Shown here in pieces: positions 9,764 through 19,961 of a DNA stretch of 64,000 nucleotides. The stretch's first letter is position 1. Each line of letters starts with the position of its first letter. The position numbers and the translations under genes are program-made. The notes beneath the pieces are model-generated. The model was given only the letters and a program-made list of their open reading frames with translations. It was not told the origin of the DNA and made no database searches. The stretch is from Candidatus Aminicenantes bacterium (lineage in GTDB: Bacteria; Acidobacteriota; Aminicenantia; UBA2199). Location: assembly GCA_963764745.1 (NCBI GenBank), contig CAVXTN010000012.1, positions 458,416-522,415 of the forward strand. The letters run 5' to 3'.

Positions 9764-9792
9764 ATGATAATGAAAAAATATCGGCCTGTCAA
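9764..9792 (-). promoter_or_regulatory. sigma70-like promoter, apparently leaderless, for the 110-aa ORF / polA operon
   Basis: Minus strand reads TTGACA (9792-9787), 17 nt, TATCAT (9769-9764). Only 6 nt (GGTGCC) then separate it from the ATG at 9757, and there is no SD. Confidence 0.4.
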
Positions 9793-9846
9793 GGTTGGGC
9801 GGGCCAGGCGGCCTGCCCTGCGAAAGAATCCGGCCAGGCGCCGGCC

Positions 9847-9875
9847 TTGTATTTTCCGGATGCCTGCTTTACAAT
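9847..9875 (+). promoter_or_regulatory. sigma70-like promoter, apparently leaderless, for the radical-SAM gene
   Basis: TTGTAT (9847-9852), 17 nt, TACAAT (9870-9875). Then CCCCCC and the ATG at 9882, with no SD. Confidence 0.35.
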
Positions 9876-9881
9876 CCCCCC

Positions 9882-10742
9882 ATGTCCCTGCCTAGGCTGA
9901 AAAGAATTGCCGACCAGGCCAAGTTCAAGGTAAGCATCTGGCGCACCCTGCGCGGCGGCCCGCCCTACCATCCCCGTCCGGACCGCATCATTATCGACCT
10001 GGCCCATTGCTGCGATCTCAGCTGCCTGGACTGCAACCGCTCCTGCGCAGCCGACCAGGCCCCGGCCGAGGAATTCATCAGCCTGGACCAGATCCGCCGC
10101 TTCATCGGACAGAGCGCCGCCGCCGGCATTCGCTGGCGGCGGATCATGCTCGAAGGGGGCGAGCCGACCCTGCATCCGCAGCTGGATGAGATCCTGGCGG
10201 AGTTGCTGCGCTACCGGTCGCTCCATTCCCCGGCCTGCGAGATCGAACTTTGCTCCAACGGCCACAGCCCCCGGGCCCGGCGCATACTCGACCGTCTCCC
10301 GCCCGGCATCCGGGCAAAGGATTCCGCTAAGACGGCCAATCGCCGCAAGGGACATTTCGGCTTCAACGTCGCCCCCAGCGACCTGCCGGGGTTCAGGCAG
10401 GCCGATTTCAGTCAAGGCTGCTATATTCACCCGATTTTCGGACTGGGACTGACGCGCAGCGGCTATTATCCCCATCCCATCTGCGGAGGCATCGACCGCG
10501 TCTTCGGCTTCGACGTCGGGCTGAAGGATCTGCCGGCCGCAAGCGAGGCGCTGGCCGGGCAAATGAGCCGCCTTTGCCCGCTGTGCGGCCACTTCCGTGA
10601 ATTTCCCGGCGGCGGCCAGGGGCTGCTGGCCATCGTGAGAAACGTCGGCGGCGGCGGCTTCCCGCCGGGACACAAGTCCTCCACGTGGATCCGGGCCTAT
10701 CAGGACTTCCAGAAAAACCGCCCCGGCCTCAGCCCCTTTTAA
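9882..10742 (+). CDS. radical SAM protein with additional Cys-rich C-terminal region
   Basis: Internal ATG 9882 of ORF 9795..10742. Has a CxxxCxxC motif (CDLSCLDC) near the N-terminus and GGEPTLHP. Further Cys pairs are CEIELC, CGG and CPLCGH. Confidence 0.65.
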   Translation: MSLPRLKRIADQAKFKVSIWRTLRGGPPYHPRPDRIIIDLAHCCDLSCLDCNRSCAADQAPAEEFISLDQIRRFIGQSAAAGIRWRRIMLEGGEPTLHPQLDEILAELLRYRSLHSPACEIELCSNGHSPRARRILDRLPPGIRAKDSAKTANRRKGHFGFNVAPSDLPGFRQADFSQGCYIHPIFGLGLTRSGYYPHPICGGIDRVFGFDVGLKDLPAASEALAGQMSRLCPLCGHFREFPGGGQGLLAIVRNVGGGGFPPGHKSSTWIRAYQDFQKNRPGLSPF

Positions 10743-10743
10743 A

Positions 10744-12364
10744 ATGAAATCCCGCTTGCTGGCCGTCGCCCTGGACGCGGCCGACTGGACGCTGATCCGA
10801 GAATGGTCGGGCCAGGGGCTGCTGCCCAACCTCAAGCGCATCGCCGAACAGGGATCTTTTTTTCCCCTGGACAACTATCCCCTTTACCGCAACGAAACCC
10901 CCTGGGTGAGCCTGTTGACGGGATGTTTCCCCGATCGAACCGGCTACTGGACGCCGCTGCGGTTTCACCCTCCGGGCTACCGCGTGCAAAACGGCGGCGC
11001 TTATTCCTTCCAGCCCTGCCTCCCTTTTTTCGCCCTGGCGCCCGGGCGCAGGGTCACGGTTTTCGACTTGCCCCACTGCGGCCGCCTGTTCGCCGAGGCC
11101 GAGGGCGTCCAGGTCCTGGGCTGGGGAGCCCATTCGCCCATGGGCGGCGGGCAATCGCAGCCCGCGGATCTCTTCGGCGAGTTGCTGCGCCGCTTCGGGC
11201 CGCACCCGGCTTTCCGCATGCAGAACGGCGGCGCCTGGTGGGACACGGGCCGCTTGCAGCGCCTGAGAACGGCGCTCCTGGAAGGCATCCGCAGGCGCCT
11301 GGCGATCATGAAGGCCCTGCTGGCCGAGCACCCGGCCGACCTGACAGTACTGGCCTTCAGCGAGATCCATATCGCCGGCCACCACTTCTGGCATCTGGGC
11401 GATCGCGGCCATCCCGCTTACAGGCGCAACCAGCCGCCTTTGCCCGACTTCCTCCTTGACATTTACAAGGCAACGGACCAAGCCCTGGGCGAACTGCTGG
11501 GGCAGATGCCGCCGGACGCCAACCTGCTGCTGTTCTCCCCCGAAGGCGGGGCGGTCAACTGGTGCGACTTGAACAGCATGGTCTTTCTGCCCGAGTTCAT
11601 GTTGCGCTGGAATTTCCCCGGCCGCTCGCTGCTGGCCGATGCCGCCCCGGGAAACGCGGCTGCCGACCTTGTCGCCCGGCCGCGCTCCGGCGACTGGGTG
11701 CGAACGGTCTGGCGCGATCATTTCGCCTGCCTGCCTCCCGGCTGGCTGCCGGGGAGATTCGGGAAGGTTTTCCGGGCGTTGGCCGCCGTGCCCGGCTGCG
11801 ATCTCCCCTTTTACGCCTTGCGCCGCCTGGGCGCACTGCAATGGCAGCCGCCGGTCTGGTACCGGCCCTGGTGGCCGCGCATGAAGGCGTTCGCCCTGCC
11901 CAGCTACGGCGACGGCTGCATCCGCGTCAACCTCCAGGGGCGTGAACCGCACGGCACCGTCGCCCCTTCCGCATACGAGGAGATCTGCCGCGAATTGCGC
12001 GAACGGTTGCTGCAGCTCCGCGACCCACGCACGGGCAGGCCGCTGGTGCAAGAGGTCGTCCGCAGCCGCGAGTATTTGCGGGGCATTCCCGCCGACCGGT
12101 TGCCGGACGCGGACCTGGTGGTGCTTTGGCAGCGGCAGGCCAACGACATGAGCGAAGAAGAGGCCATGGGAAGGCTGGGACCGCTGCCTTTCTGGAAATC
12201 GGGGAGCCATCAGCCGACCGGCTTCGTCATCGGCCAGGGAGCGGGCATTCCGCGCTCGTCTGCCGACCGGCCAGGCCCGGGTGATCGACGTGGCGCCGAC
12301 CGTGCTCGGCCTGCTGGGCGTGGCCCCGCCGCCGGCCCTTGCGGGCAAGGCGCTTTTCACATGA
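10744..12364 (+). CDS. alkaline-phosphatase superfamily protein (type I phosphodiesterase/nucleotide pyrophosphatase-like), frameshifted as assembled
   Basis: The N-terminus VALDAAD...ETPWVSLLTGCFPDRTGY fits the NPP-type metal/Thr-nucleophile region. The 842-aa ORF 10744..13272 is an artefactual fusion. After a frame break at ~12245-12260 the true C-terminus reads ARVIDVAPTVLGLLGVAPPPALAGKALFT*, with stop at 12362-12364. Confidence 0.6.
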
Positions 12365-13272
12365 CGCTGAGCATCGTCATCGTCAACTGGAACACGCGCG
12401 CGTTGCTGCGCGCCTGCCTGTCGTCCATTTTCCGCAATCCACCCGATTTCGCCTTCGAAGTCGTCATCGTGGACAATGGTTCACGCGACGGCAGCCCCGA
12501 AATGGTCCGCCGGGAATTTCCCCAGGCACGCCTGCTGGAAAACCCCGCCAACCTCGGCTTCGCGGCGGCCAGCAACCGGGGAGCCGCGATCGCCTCCGGC
12601 CGCTACCTGCTTTTTCTCAATTCCGACACCCTGGTGCACGACGCCACCCTGGGCGGCGCCGTGTTTTATATGGAGAAGCATCCGGGGACCGGAGTCATGG
12701 GCTGCCGGACGCTGAATCCCGACGGTTCCCTGCAGGGCTCGGCCCTGAGGTTCCCCTCGGCGCCGCGGATCGTCGCCCACGTTTCCGGCTTGAGTCGCTT
12801 TTTGAAATTTCCGCATTCGCGTCATCGCCCGCGCCACGGAGGGTTCGATTATATCCAGGGATCATTCCTCATCATCGCCAGAAGCGTTTTTGACCGTTGC
12901 GGCGGATTCGACGAGAGCTTTTTCCTCTATGGCGAAGACGTGGACTTGTGCCTGCGAATCAGGAAAGCCGGGATGGGGCTCGCCTACGACTCGGCAATCG
13001 CCATCACCCACCAGGGCGGGGGCAGCAGCGAAGACCAGGCGCTCCGCGTCGTCCATTTTGCCCAAGGCTGCCTGCGGTTGTACGAAAAACACCGGGAGCT
13101 GGCGCAGGTGAAAAAACTGGCGGCGTTTTTAAAACCGGCGCTGGCCGTACGCGGGTTCATGGAATTCGTTTTTTCGCCGCTGCGCTTCGGGAGAAGAAAA
13201 AGAATATCGGCGGTCTATACTTCCCGCTGGCGGCGGCAAGGGATGCGGACGGCCGCTGACCCCGAGCCGTAG
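12361..13272 (+). CDS. family 2 glycosyltransferase
   Basis: ATG 12361 overlaps the upstream stop (ATGA). GT2 motifs are SIVIVNWN, VDNGSRDGS, FLNSDT and YGEDVDLCLR. Confidence 0.8.
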   Translation: MTLSIVIVNWNTRALLRACLSSIFRNPPDFAFEVVIVDNGSRDGSPEMVRREFPQARLLENPANLGFAAASNRGAAIASGRYLLFLNSDTLVHDATLGGAVFYMEKHPGTGVMGCRTLNPDGSLQGSALRFPSAPRIVAHVSGLSRFLKFPHSRHRPRHGGFDYIQGSFLIIARSVFDRCGGFDESFFLYGEDVDLCLRIRKAGMGLAYDSAIAITHQGGGSSEDQALRVVHFAQGCLRLYEKHRELAQVKKLAAFLKPALAVRGFMEFVFSPLRFGRRKRISAVYTSRWRRQGMRTAADPEP

Positions 13273-13284
13273 GCAAGGCTGGGA

Positions 13285-15163
13285 CTACGTTCCTTTTACG
13301 AAAGCGCGGACCTGGCGGTAGATGCCGGCAGCGTCCAGGCCGAAATGCTCCAGCAGTTCTTCCCGGGAAGCCAGGGGCATCTCCCCGGCTCCCACGGCAA
13401 GGGTCAGGAATTCGTGGCCGCTGGGCCCCCGGGCAAGGAATTCCCCGTGGATCATGGAAGCGAAACCGCCGCTGGCCGCGCCATCCTCCACGGTAACGAT
13501 CTTGCGGATCCCGGCCGCCAGGGAAAAGATCAAATCACGGTCCAGAGGCTTGAGGAAACGGACGTTGACTACGGTCGCCTCGATGCCGTCCTGCCGGGCG
13601 AGCCGTTCGCAGGCTTCCAGGGCCCGGTAGACCAGCGTACCCACGGCCAGGATCAGGACCCGGCCGCCGCGGCGCAGTACTTCTGCCTTGCCCTCGGGGA
13701 TTTCAAGCAATTCCTTGTCCAGTGGCACTCCCCGGCCCGGTTCCTTGGGATAGCGGATGAAAACGGGCTTGGCCAGCCGGCTGCCGGTATACACCATGTG
13801 CTGGAGCTCATTCTCATCCTTGGGCGCCATGAGCACGATGCCGGGGACCGGGTTCAGCAGGGCGATATCGTACAGCCCCTGGTGGGTCGGGCCGTCGCCG
13901 CCGACCAGGCCGGCCCGGTCCAGCCCGACCAGGATCGGGATGCGCATCAGCGCGATATCGTGAATGATCTGGTCCACGGCCCGCTGCAGGAAAGTGGAGT
14001 AGACCCCCAATACCGGCTTGAAGCCGCCCAGGGCCAGGCCGCCGGCGAAATCGAACATGTATTGCTCGGCGATGCCGACATCGAAGAAATTGTCCGGGAA
14101 CTCCTTCTGCACGACGTCCAGGCCGGTTCCTTCCGGCATGGCCGCGGTCAAGGCCACGAGCCTCCGGTCCGCTGCCACCAGGCGCAGGACCGTGCGCCCG
14201 AAAATTTCCGAGTAGGAGGGCGTCTTGCACTTGCCGATGAACTTGCCGTTCTCGATATTGAACGGCGCCGAGGAATGAAAGGAGCTGGGGTCCTCGCAGG
14301 CGGGCACATAGCCCTGCCCCTTGTGCGTCACCACGTGCAGCAGCACGGGGAAGTCGTACTTCTTGGCCGCCTCGAACTCCTTGAGCATTTCGCGGTAGTC
14401 GTGGCCGTTGATCGGGCCCGATGTACTTGATGCCCAGTTCGTCAAAAAGCGATCCGGGGACCATCATGGTGCGCATCAGCACTTCCACTTTCTTTGCCAG
14501 TTCGAACAGCGGCTTGCCCAGGCCGGGGATGGACTTGAGGAATTTCTGGATCACTTCCTTCAGGCGGATGTAAGGCCGCCCCGAGACCAGGTAGTTCAAG
14601 TGGCGGGAGATGCCGCCGACGTTGGGCGAGATCGACATCTTGTTGTCGTTGAGGATGATGATCAGGCGCTGCTTGACCTGGCCGATATGGTTCAGAGCTT
14701 CCAGGGCCACGCCGCCGGTCAGCGCCCCGTCGCCGATCACGGCCACGATGTGGAATTTCTCGTTCCGGCGGTCGCGGGCGATGGCCAGGCCCGAGGCGAA
14801 GCCGAGCGACGTGGAAGCGTGCCCGGTGTTCAGGACGTCGTACTCGCTCTCGGCGCGGTCGGGGAAACCGAGCAGGCCGCCCTTTTTGCGGATGGAAAAT
14901 ATCCTTTCCCGGCGGCCGGTGACGATCTTGTGGGTATAGCTCTGGTGGCCGATGTCCCAGATGATCTTGTCCAGCGGCGCGTCGAAGACCCGATGCAGGG
15001 CCAGGGTCAGGTCCACGGCCCCCAGGTTGGACGACAGGTGCCCGCCGTTCTGCGAGACCACCTGCACCAGCAGTTCCCGGATCTCCTCCGACAGGGCGGA
15101 CAGTTCCTCCAGGCTCAGTTTCTTGACGTCGGCCGGGGAATGGATCGTTTCCAGCAGCGGCAT
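13285..15163 (-). CDS. dxs: 1-deoxy-D-xylulose-5-phosphate synthase, frameshifted as assembled
   Basis: N-terminal ORF 13814..15163 (GGHLSSNLG, GDGALTGG). C-terminal ORF 13285..14445 (PINGHDY, HKGQGY). Single break at ~14412 (..KYIGP | INGHDY). Confidence 0.9.
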
Positions 15164-16017
15164 TATTGGCTCCGGTAGAGCATGCTCTTCATCAGGAACA
15201 GGAAGGGGGGGAACTCGATCCCCGATTCCCCGACCAGGGCCTGCGCCTCGCGGTAATACGCGTCTATTTTTCCCCTGACCGCCGGCTCGCCGAAGTACAA
15301 AACGGCGTTGGGGCTGCCCTTGGCCTGGTCCTTGTGCAGCTTTTTGCCGACCTTGTCCTCGGCGCCGGTGATATCCAGCAGGTCGTCGGCCAGCTGGAAA
15401 CCCAGGCCCAGGGCGATGCCGGCGCGGGCCAGCAGCTCCTGGCGGCCGGGAGAGAAATCGGCCACCTGGGCCGCGGCCAGCAGCGCACCCTTGATCAGTT
15501 CGGCCGTCTTCAGGCGGTGGATCGCGGCGATGGTCTCCGCCCGCCCGGAAAATTCCAGGTCCAGGGCCTGCCCCTGGGCCATGCCCTCCTTGCCGATGCA
15601 GCGGGTGATGATGCCCATGATGGCCACGGTCCTTTCCGCCGGCAGCGGGGCGGCGGCGATCTTTTCAAAGGCGAGGGTCAGCAGGGTGTCGCCGGCCAGC
15701 AGCGCCACGGCTTCGTTGAATTGCTTGTGCACCGTGGGCATGCCGCGGCGCAGGTCGTCGTTGTCCATCACCGGCAGGTCGTCGTGGATCAGGGAATAGG
15801 TGTGGATGATCTCCAGGGCCGAGGCCAGGCCGAGGAAGCGCCCGGACTCTTTGCCGCAGCCGTCCAGCAGGCTGAGGAACAGCAGCGGCCGCAGGCGCTT
15901 GCCCGGGACCGACAGGGCGTAGTGCATGGCCGCTTCCAGCGTGCCCCGCTGCGGTTCGATGCCGCCGAGGATCTCGCGGTTGACCGCCGCGGTCAGCCGC
16001 TGCAGGTAATCATTCAT
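15163..16017 (-). CDS. ispA: polyprenyl (farnesyl/geranylgeranyl) diphosphate synthase
   Basis: 284-aa intact ORF with both Asp-rich motifs (LIHDDLPVMDNDDLRRG; FQLADDLLD). Sits in the classical xseB-ispA-dxs order. Confidence 0.85.
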   Translation of the reverse strand: MNDYLQRLTAAVNREILGGIEPQRGTLEAAMHYALSVPGKRLRPLLFLSLLDGCGKESGRFLGLASALEIIHTYSLIHDDLPVMDNDDLRRGMPTVHKQFNEAVALLAGDTLLTLAFEKIAAAPLPAERTVAIMGIITRCIGKEGMAQGQALDLEFSGRAETIAAIHRLKTAELIKGALLAAAQVADFSPGRQELLARAGIALGLGFQLADDLLDITGAEDKVGKKLHKDQAKGSPNAVLYFGEPAVRGKIDAYYREAQALVGESGIEFPPFLFLMKSMLYRSQ

Positions 16018-16250
16018 TGTCTGGAGCGTCGAAGTCGGTTTCCTGCAGGTCTGCCCTTGGCGTCGCTTTGCAGTATCTTCACTTTCTTTTCGATCTCGTT
16101 CAGTTCCTTTTTCATCTCGCCGCTCAGCTTCATTCCTTCTTCGTACAGGGCAAAGCCGTCCTGCAGGGGAACTTCGGGGTTCTCCAGCTTTTGCACGATG
16201 GCTTCGAGCTTCTTGAGCGCGGCTTCAAAATCGAGCGTCTCTTTTTTCAT
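16014..16250 (-). CDS. xseB: exodeoxyribonuclease VII small subunit
   Basis: 78-aa ORF with FEAALKKLEAIVQKLE...L.. signature. ATGA overlap with ispA. Confidence 0.85.
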   Translation of the reverse strand: MKKETLDFEAALKKLEAIVQKLENPEVPLQDGFALYEEGMKLSGEMKKELNEIEKKVKILQSDAKGRPAGNRLRRSRQ

Positions 16251-16253
16251 GGT

Positions 16254-17607
16254 TCACTCCTTGATCACTTTGGCGGCGGCCCGGCCGCGGGCAAAACGGA
16301 TGGAGACCTTGTCTCCCGCGGCCAGCACGGCGGCATCCTTCACCAGCCGCTGCTCCGCGTCGGTGGTGATGGAATAGCCCTTGGCCAGGACATTTTCCGG
16401 GTTCATGCCGGTCAGCTGCGAATCCAGGACGCTGATCCTTTCCCGGCGCCGCTGCAGCCGTTCGGAAAAATGCGCGCTGAGGCCGCATGCCCAGGTTCTG
16501 GACCCGCAGTTCCCGGTTGCGCAGCATGCCGCCCAGGTCAAAGGCGGCGAAGCTGTGCGCGGCCCGGTTCCAGCGCCCGAGCTTGAGTTTCAGGGACTGC
16601 TGGAACAGGCGGACCAGGGCGAATTCGCCGTTGTCCAGCCGCTGGGCCAGCTCCTGCAGGCGGCCGGGGAATTCCGCCAGGGCCGAATCGCTGCGCAGCT
16701 GCTCCAGGAGCGACCAGTTTTCATGCAGCTGCTTTTCCATGTGGCGCATGAGCCCGTGGCGCAAAAAATCGATGCGGTTCAAAAACTCGTCCTTTTTCCC
16801 CACCACGAGCTCGGCCGCGGCCGAGGGCGTGGCCGCCCGCAGGTCGGCGACGAAATCGGCGATGGTGAAATCGGTCTCGTGGCCGACGGCGGAGATCACC
16901 GGGATCCGGCTGTGGTAGATGGCCTCGACCACGGGCGCTTCGTTGAAGGCCCACAGGTCCTCGTAGCTGCCCCCGCCCCGGCCCACGATCAGGACGTCCA
17001 CCCTTTCAGCGGCTTCGGTATTATTGAAATATTCGATGCCCGCGGCGATCTCGGCGGCGGCCCCCTCCCCCTGCACCTTGGCCGGGTAGATGACGATGGC
17101 GATGCCCGGGAAGCGGCGGTGCAGGATGCGCACGATGTCGCGCACGGCCGCCCCGGTCGGCGACGTGACCACGCCGATGCAGCCGGGCAGCAGGGGCAGG
17201 GGCTTCTTGCGCTGCGGGTCGAAGTAGCCCTTTTCCTGGTAGGCCTTTTTCAGCTTTTCCAGGGCGGCGAAGATGTCGCCGATGCCCTGCAGGCGCATGT
17301 CGCTGGCGATGATCTGCATCTCGCCGCGCGCCGGGTAGACGGAGAGCACGCCCCTGACCACGATCTGCTGGCCGTTCTCCAGTTTGCCCAGGGTGCTTTT
17401 CAGCAGGCTGCCGCGGAACATGACCACTTTCATGGCCCCGGCCGCGTCCTTGAGGGTGAAATAGAGATGGCCGGAGCTGGCCAGCACCACGCCCGAGGCT
17501 TCGCCCAGGACCGAGATGGCGCTGAACTGGCTTTCCAGCGTCAGCTTGACCAGCTGGGTCAGTTCGGAAACTTTAAAGACCTTTTCTTCAGGAAAGCTGC
17601 TGGCCAT
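16254..17607 (-). CDS. xseA: exodeoxyribonuclease VII large subunit, frameshifted as assembled
   Basis: ORF 16225..17607 has the OB-fold N-terminus and catalytic core (GRGGGS.EDLW.FN). The C-terminus continues in ORF 16254..16541 (NPENVLAKGYSI...) after a break at ~16483. Confidence 0.85.
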
Positions 17608-18403
17608 AGGTCGCTTCGTAATAGCGGTGGGCCTCGATGTTCAGCGCCTTGCCGTTCTGGGGGTCGACGTCGACCAGGGTCATGTCCAGCACCTGGTTGC
17701 CTCCCGCCACCTCGAACTTCTGGTGGATGCCGTTGTAGAACTTGCTGATGATGGGCTCGCGCTTCATGCCGATGATCGAGTCCAGGGAGCCGGTCATGCC
17801 CACGTCGGTCTGGTAGGCCGTGCCATTCTCCAGGACGCGGGCGTCGGCGGTGGGCACGTGGGTATGGGTGCCCAGCACGGCGCTTACCCGGCCGTCGAGA
17901 AAAAAGCCCAGGGCCTGCTTTTCGGCCGTGGCCTCGGCGTGGAAATCGACCAGCACGATGGGGTGGGGATTTTTCTTCAGGAACTCGTCCATGGCCACGA
18001 AGGGATTGTCGACCACCGCTTCCATGAACACCCGCCCCTGCAGGCTGACGATGACCACCGGGTGGCCGGCGGCGGTCTTGTAGACCATGGAGCCATTGCC
18101 CGGGGTCGAGACGTGGAAATTCAGGGGCCGGAGCACGCGCCTCTCGCTCTTGAGCAGTTCGAGCGCCTCCTTCTTGTCCCAGATGTGGTTGCCCCCGGTC
18201 AGGACATTGATGCCGGTTTCGAACAGTTCGTCGGCCGTGCGGCGGATGATGCCCATGCCGCCGGCCGAATTCTCGCCGTTGGCGATCACCACGTCGGGCA
18301 TAAATTTTTCCTTGATCAGCGGCAGGACGGCCTGGACGAACTTGCGCCCGTAGCGGCCGACCACGTCGCCGATCAGGATGAGCCGGACCTTTTTATTTGG
18401 CAT
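17588..18403 (-). CDS. ymdB: YmdB-family metallophosphoesterase (2',3'-cyclic-nucleotide phosphodiesterase family)
   Basis: 271-aa intact ORF with GDVVGR, ANGEN.AGG.G, GNH.WD and THTHVPTAD. Follows rny as in Bacillus. Confidence 0.85.
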   Translation of the reverse strand: MPNKKVRLILIGDVVGRYGRKFVQAVLPLIKEKFMPDVVIANGENSAGGMGIIRRTADELFETGINVLTGGNHIWDKKEALELLKSERRVLRPLNFHVSTPGNGSMVYKTAAGHPVVIVSLQGRVFMEAVVDNPFVAMDEFLKKNPHPIVLVDFHAEATAEKQALGFFLDGRVSAVLGTHTHVPTADARVLENGTAYQTDVGMTGSLDSIIGMKREPIISKFYNGIHQKFEVAGGNQVLDMTLVDVDPQNGKALNIEAHRYYEATYGQQLS

Positions 18404-19946
18404 ATTCGATGGCCCGCACTTCCCGGATCACCGAAACCTTGATCTGCCCGGGATACTCCATCTCTTCCTGGATCTTCTTGGCGATGTCCTTGCAGATCAA
18501 AAAGGTGTGGTTGTCGTCCAGCTCGTTGGCGTTGACAATGACGCGGATCTCGCGCCCGGCCTGCAGGGCGTAGGCCTTGGTCACCCCGGCAAAGGACTTG
18601 CTCAGCTCTTCCAGCTTTTCCAGCCTCTTGATGTAGGTTTCCAGGATCTCGCGCCTGGCCCCGGGCCGCGCGGCGGAGATGCTGTCCGCGGCCTGGATCA
18701 GGACCGCTTCGATGGAAGTGAATGCGGTATCCATGTGGTGCGAGGCGATGGCGTCCTGGACCGCGGCGGACTCGCCGAACTTCTTGGTCAGGTCCACCGA
18801 CAGCGAGGTGTGGGTGCCTTCGGTTTCGCGGTCGATGGCCTTGCCCACGTCGTGCAGCAGGCCGGCCCGCTTGCAGATGTTGACGTTGGCCCCGATCTCG
18901 CGGGCCAGCATGGCCGCGATCAAGGCCACGTCCTTGGAATGCTCCAGGACGTTCTGGCCGAAGGAAGTCCTGAATTTCAGCTTGCCCAGGTAGAAGTACA
19001 GCTCGGGGTTCAGGTCCCTGATGCCGAGCTCGGTGACCGCGGCTTCGCCCTGCTTGCGCAGGTAGGTATCGAAATTGCCCTTGATGCGGTCGACGATCTC
19101 CTCGATGCGGGCCGGATGGATGCGGCCGTCGGCGATCAGCGTTTCAATGGTCTGCTTGGCTATCTCGCGGCGGATGGGGTCGAAGGAGGACACCAGGATG
19201 GCTTCCGGGGTGTCATCGACGATGAAATCCACGCCGGTGGCATTTTCCAGGGCGCGGATGTTCCGGCCCTCGCGGCCGATGATCCGTCCCTTCATCTCGT
19301 CCGAGGGCAGGTCGATGACCGTGACCGAGGAGGAGACCACGTGCTCGGTGGCGATGCGCTGCACGGCGTTGGAGATGACGTCTTTGGCCAGCTGCTGGCT
19401 CTTCTCCTTCAGCTCTTCCTCGATCTGCTTCAACTTCTGCGCCGATTCGAGCCGGGCTTCGCCCTCGTACTGCTTGATGATCAGTTCCTTGGCTTCCTGC
19501 ACGGTCAGGCCCGAGATCTTTTCCAGCTTAAGCCGCTGCTCCTCGAAAAGCTTGTTGACTCCGTTCTTGACGGCGACGATCTCCTCTTCCTCGATGGCCA
19601 GGTCCCTTTCCTTTTTCTTCAGGTCCTTTTCCTTGTTGTCCAGGTTGGTGTAGCGCTTGTCCAGGTTCTCTTCCTTCTGGATCAGGCGCTTTTCCGTGAC
19701 TTGCAGGCGGGTGACCTTTTCGTTCTGGCGGCGGTTGTACTCGTTCTTCCACTCGGAGAATTCTTCCTTCAGGTCCAGCTGCGCCTGCTTCTTGTACCTT
19801 TCCACTTCCTCGCGGTCCTTGGCCTCCAGCTGCTTCTGATAGATGTCGACTTTCCTGTATTCCGCGGAGAAGATTCTCCTTTTCAATAAAAATATCCCGA
19901 CGCCGCCAAGTATGGTCCCGATCAATACCAAAGCGATCTCGGTCAT
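18393..19946 (-). CDS. rny: ribonuclease Y
   Basis: 517-aa intact ORF. Has an N-terminal TM helix, a long coiled coil, a KH domain (IGREGRNIRALE) and an HD domain (LLHDVGKA). Confidence 0.9.
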   Translation of the reverse strand: MTEIALVLIGTILGGVGIFLLKRRIFSAEYRKVDIYQKQLEAKDREEVERYKKQAQLDLKEEFSEWKNEYNRRQNEKVTRLQVTEKRLIQKEENLDKRYTNLDNKEKDLKKKERDLAIEEEEIVAVKNGVNKLFEEQRLKLEKISGLTVQEAKELIIKQYEGEARLESAQKLKQIEEELKEKSQQLAKDVISNAVQRIATEHVVSSSVTVIDLPSDEMKGRIIGREGRNIRALENATGVDFIVDDTPEAILVSSFDPIRREIAKQTIETLIADGRIHPARIEEIVDRIKGNFDTYLRKQGEAAVTELGIRDLNPELYFYLGKLKFRTSFGQNVLEHSKDVALIAAMLAREIGANVNICKRAGLLHDVGKAIDRETEGTHTSLSVDLTKKFGESAAVQDAIASHHMDTAFTSIEAVLIQAADSISAARPGARREILETYIKRLEKLEELSKSFAGVTKAYALQAGREIRVIVNANELDDNHTFLICKDIAKKIQEEMEYPGQIKVSVIREVRAIEYAK

Positions 19947-19961
19947 TGTCTTCCTCCTATT

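Noticed and set aside
9882-12364. Radical-SAM gene plus alkaline-phosphatase-superfamily gene, as an anaerobic sulfatase-maturase/sulfatase pair.
   Set aside because: The hydrolase N-terminus fits the NPP/phosphodiesterase type (Thr in ..NETPW..TG..P..TG) and lacks a C/S-x-P-x-R formylglycine motif. The radical-SAM protein (286 aa) is shorter than typical anSMEs. The idea is downgraded to an unspecified pathway.
10744-13272. An 842-aa ORF that looks like a phosphodiesterase-glycosyltransferase fusion protein.
   Set aside because: The junction peptide is Arg/Gly/Pro-rich junk. A one-base frame change at ~12250 restores a typical family C-terminus (ARVIDVAPTVLGLLGV...) ending in a TGA that overlaps the ATG of a complete GT2 gene. 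These are two genes joined by an indel.
19947-19961. A 6S RNA gene downstream of zapA, as in E. coli.
   Set aside because: Only 15 nt separate zapA from the rny start, so there is no room for an ~180-nt RNA.
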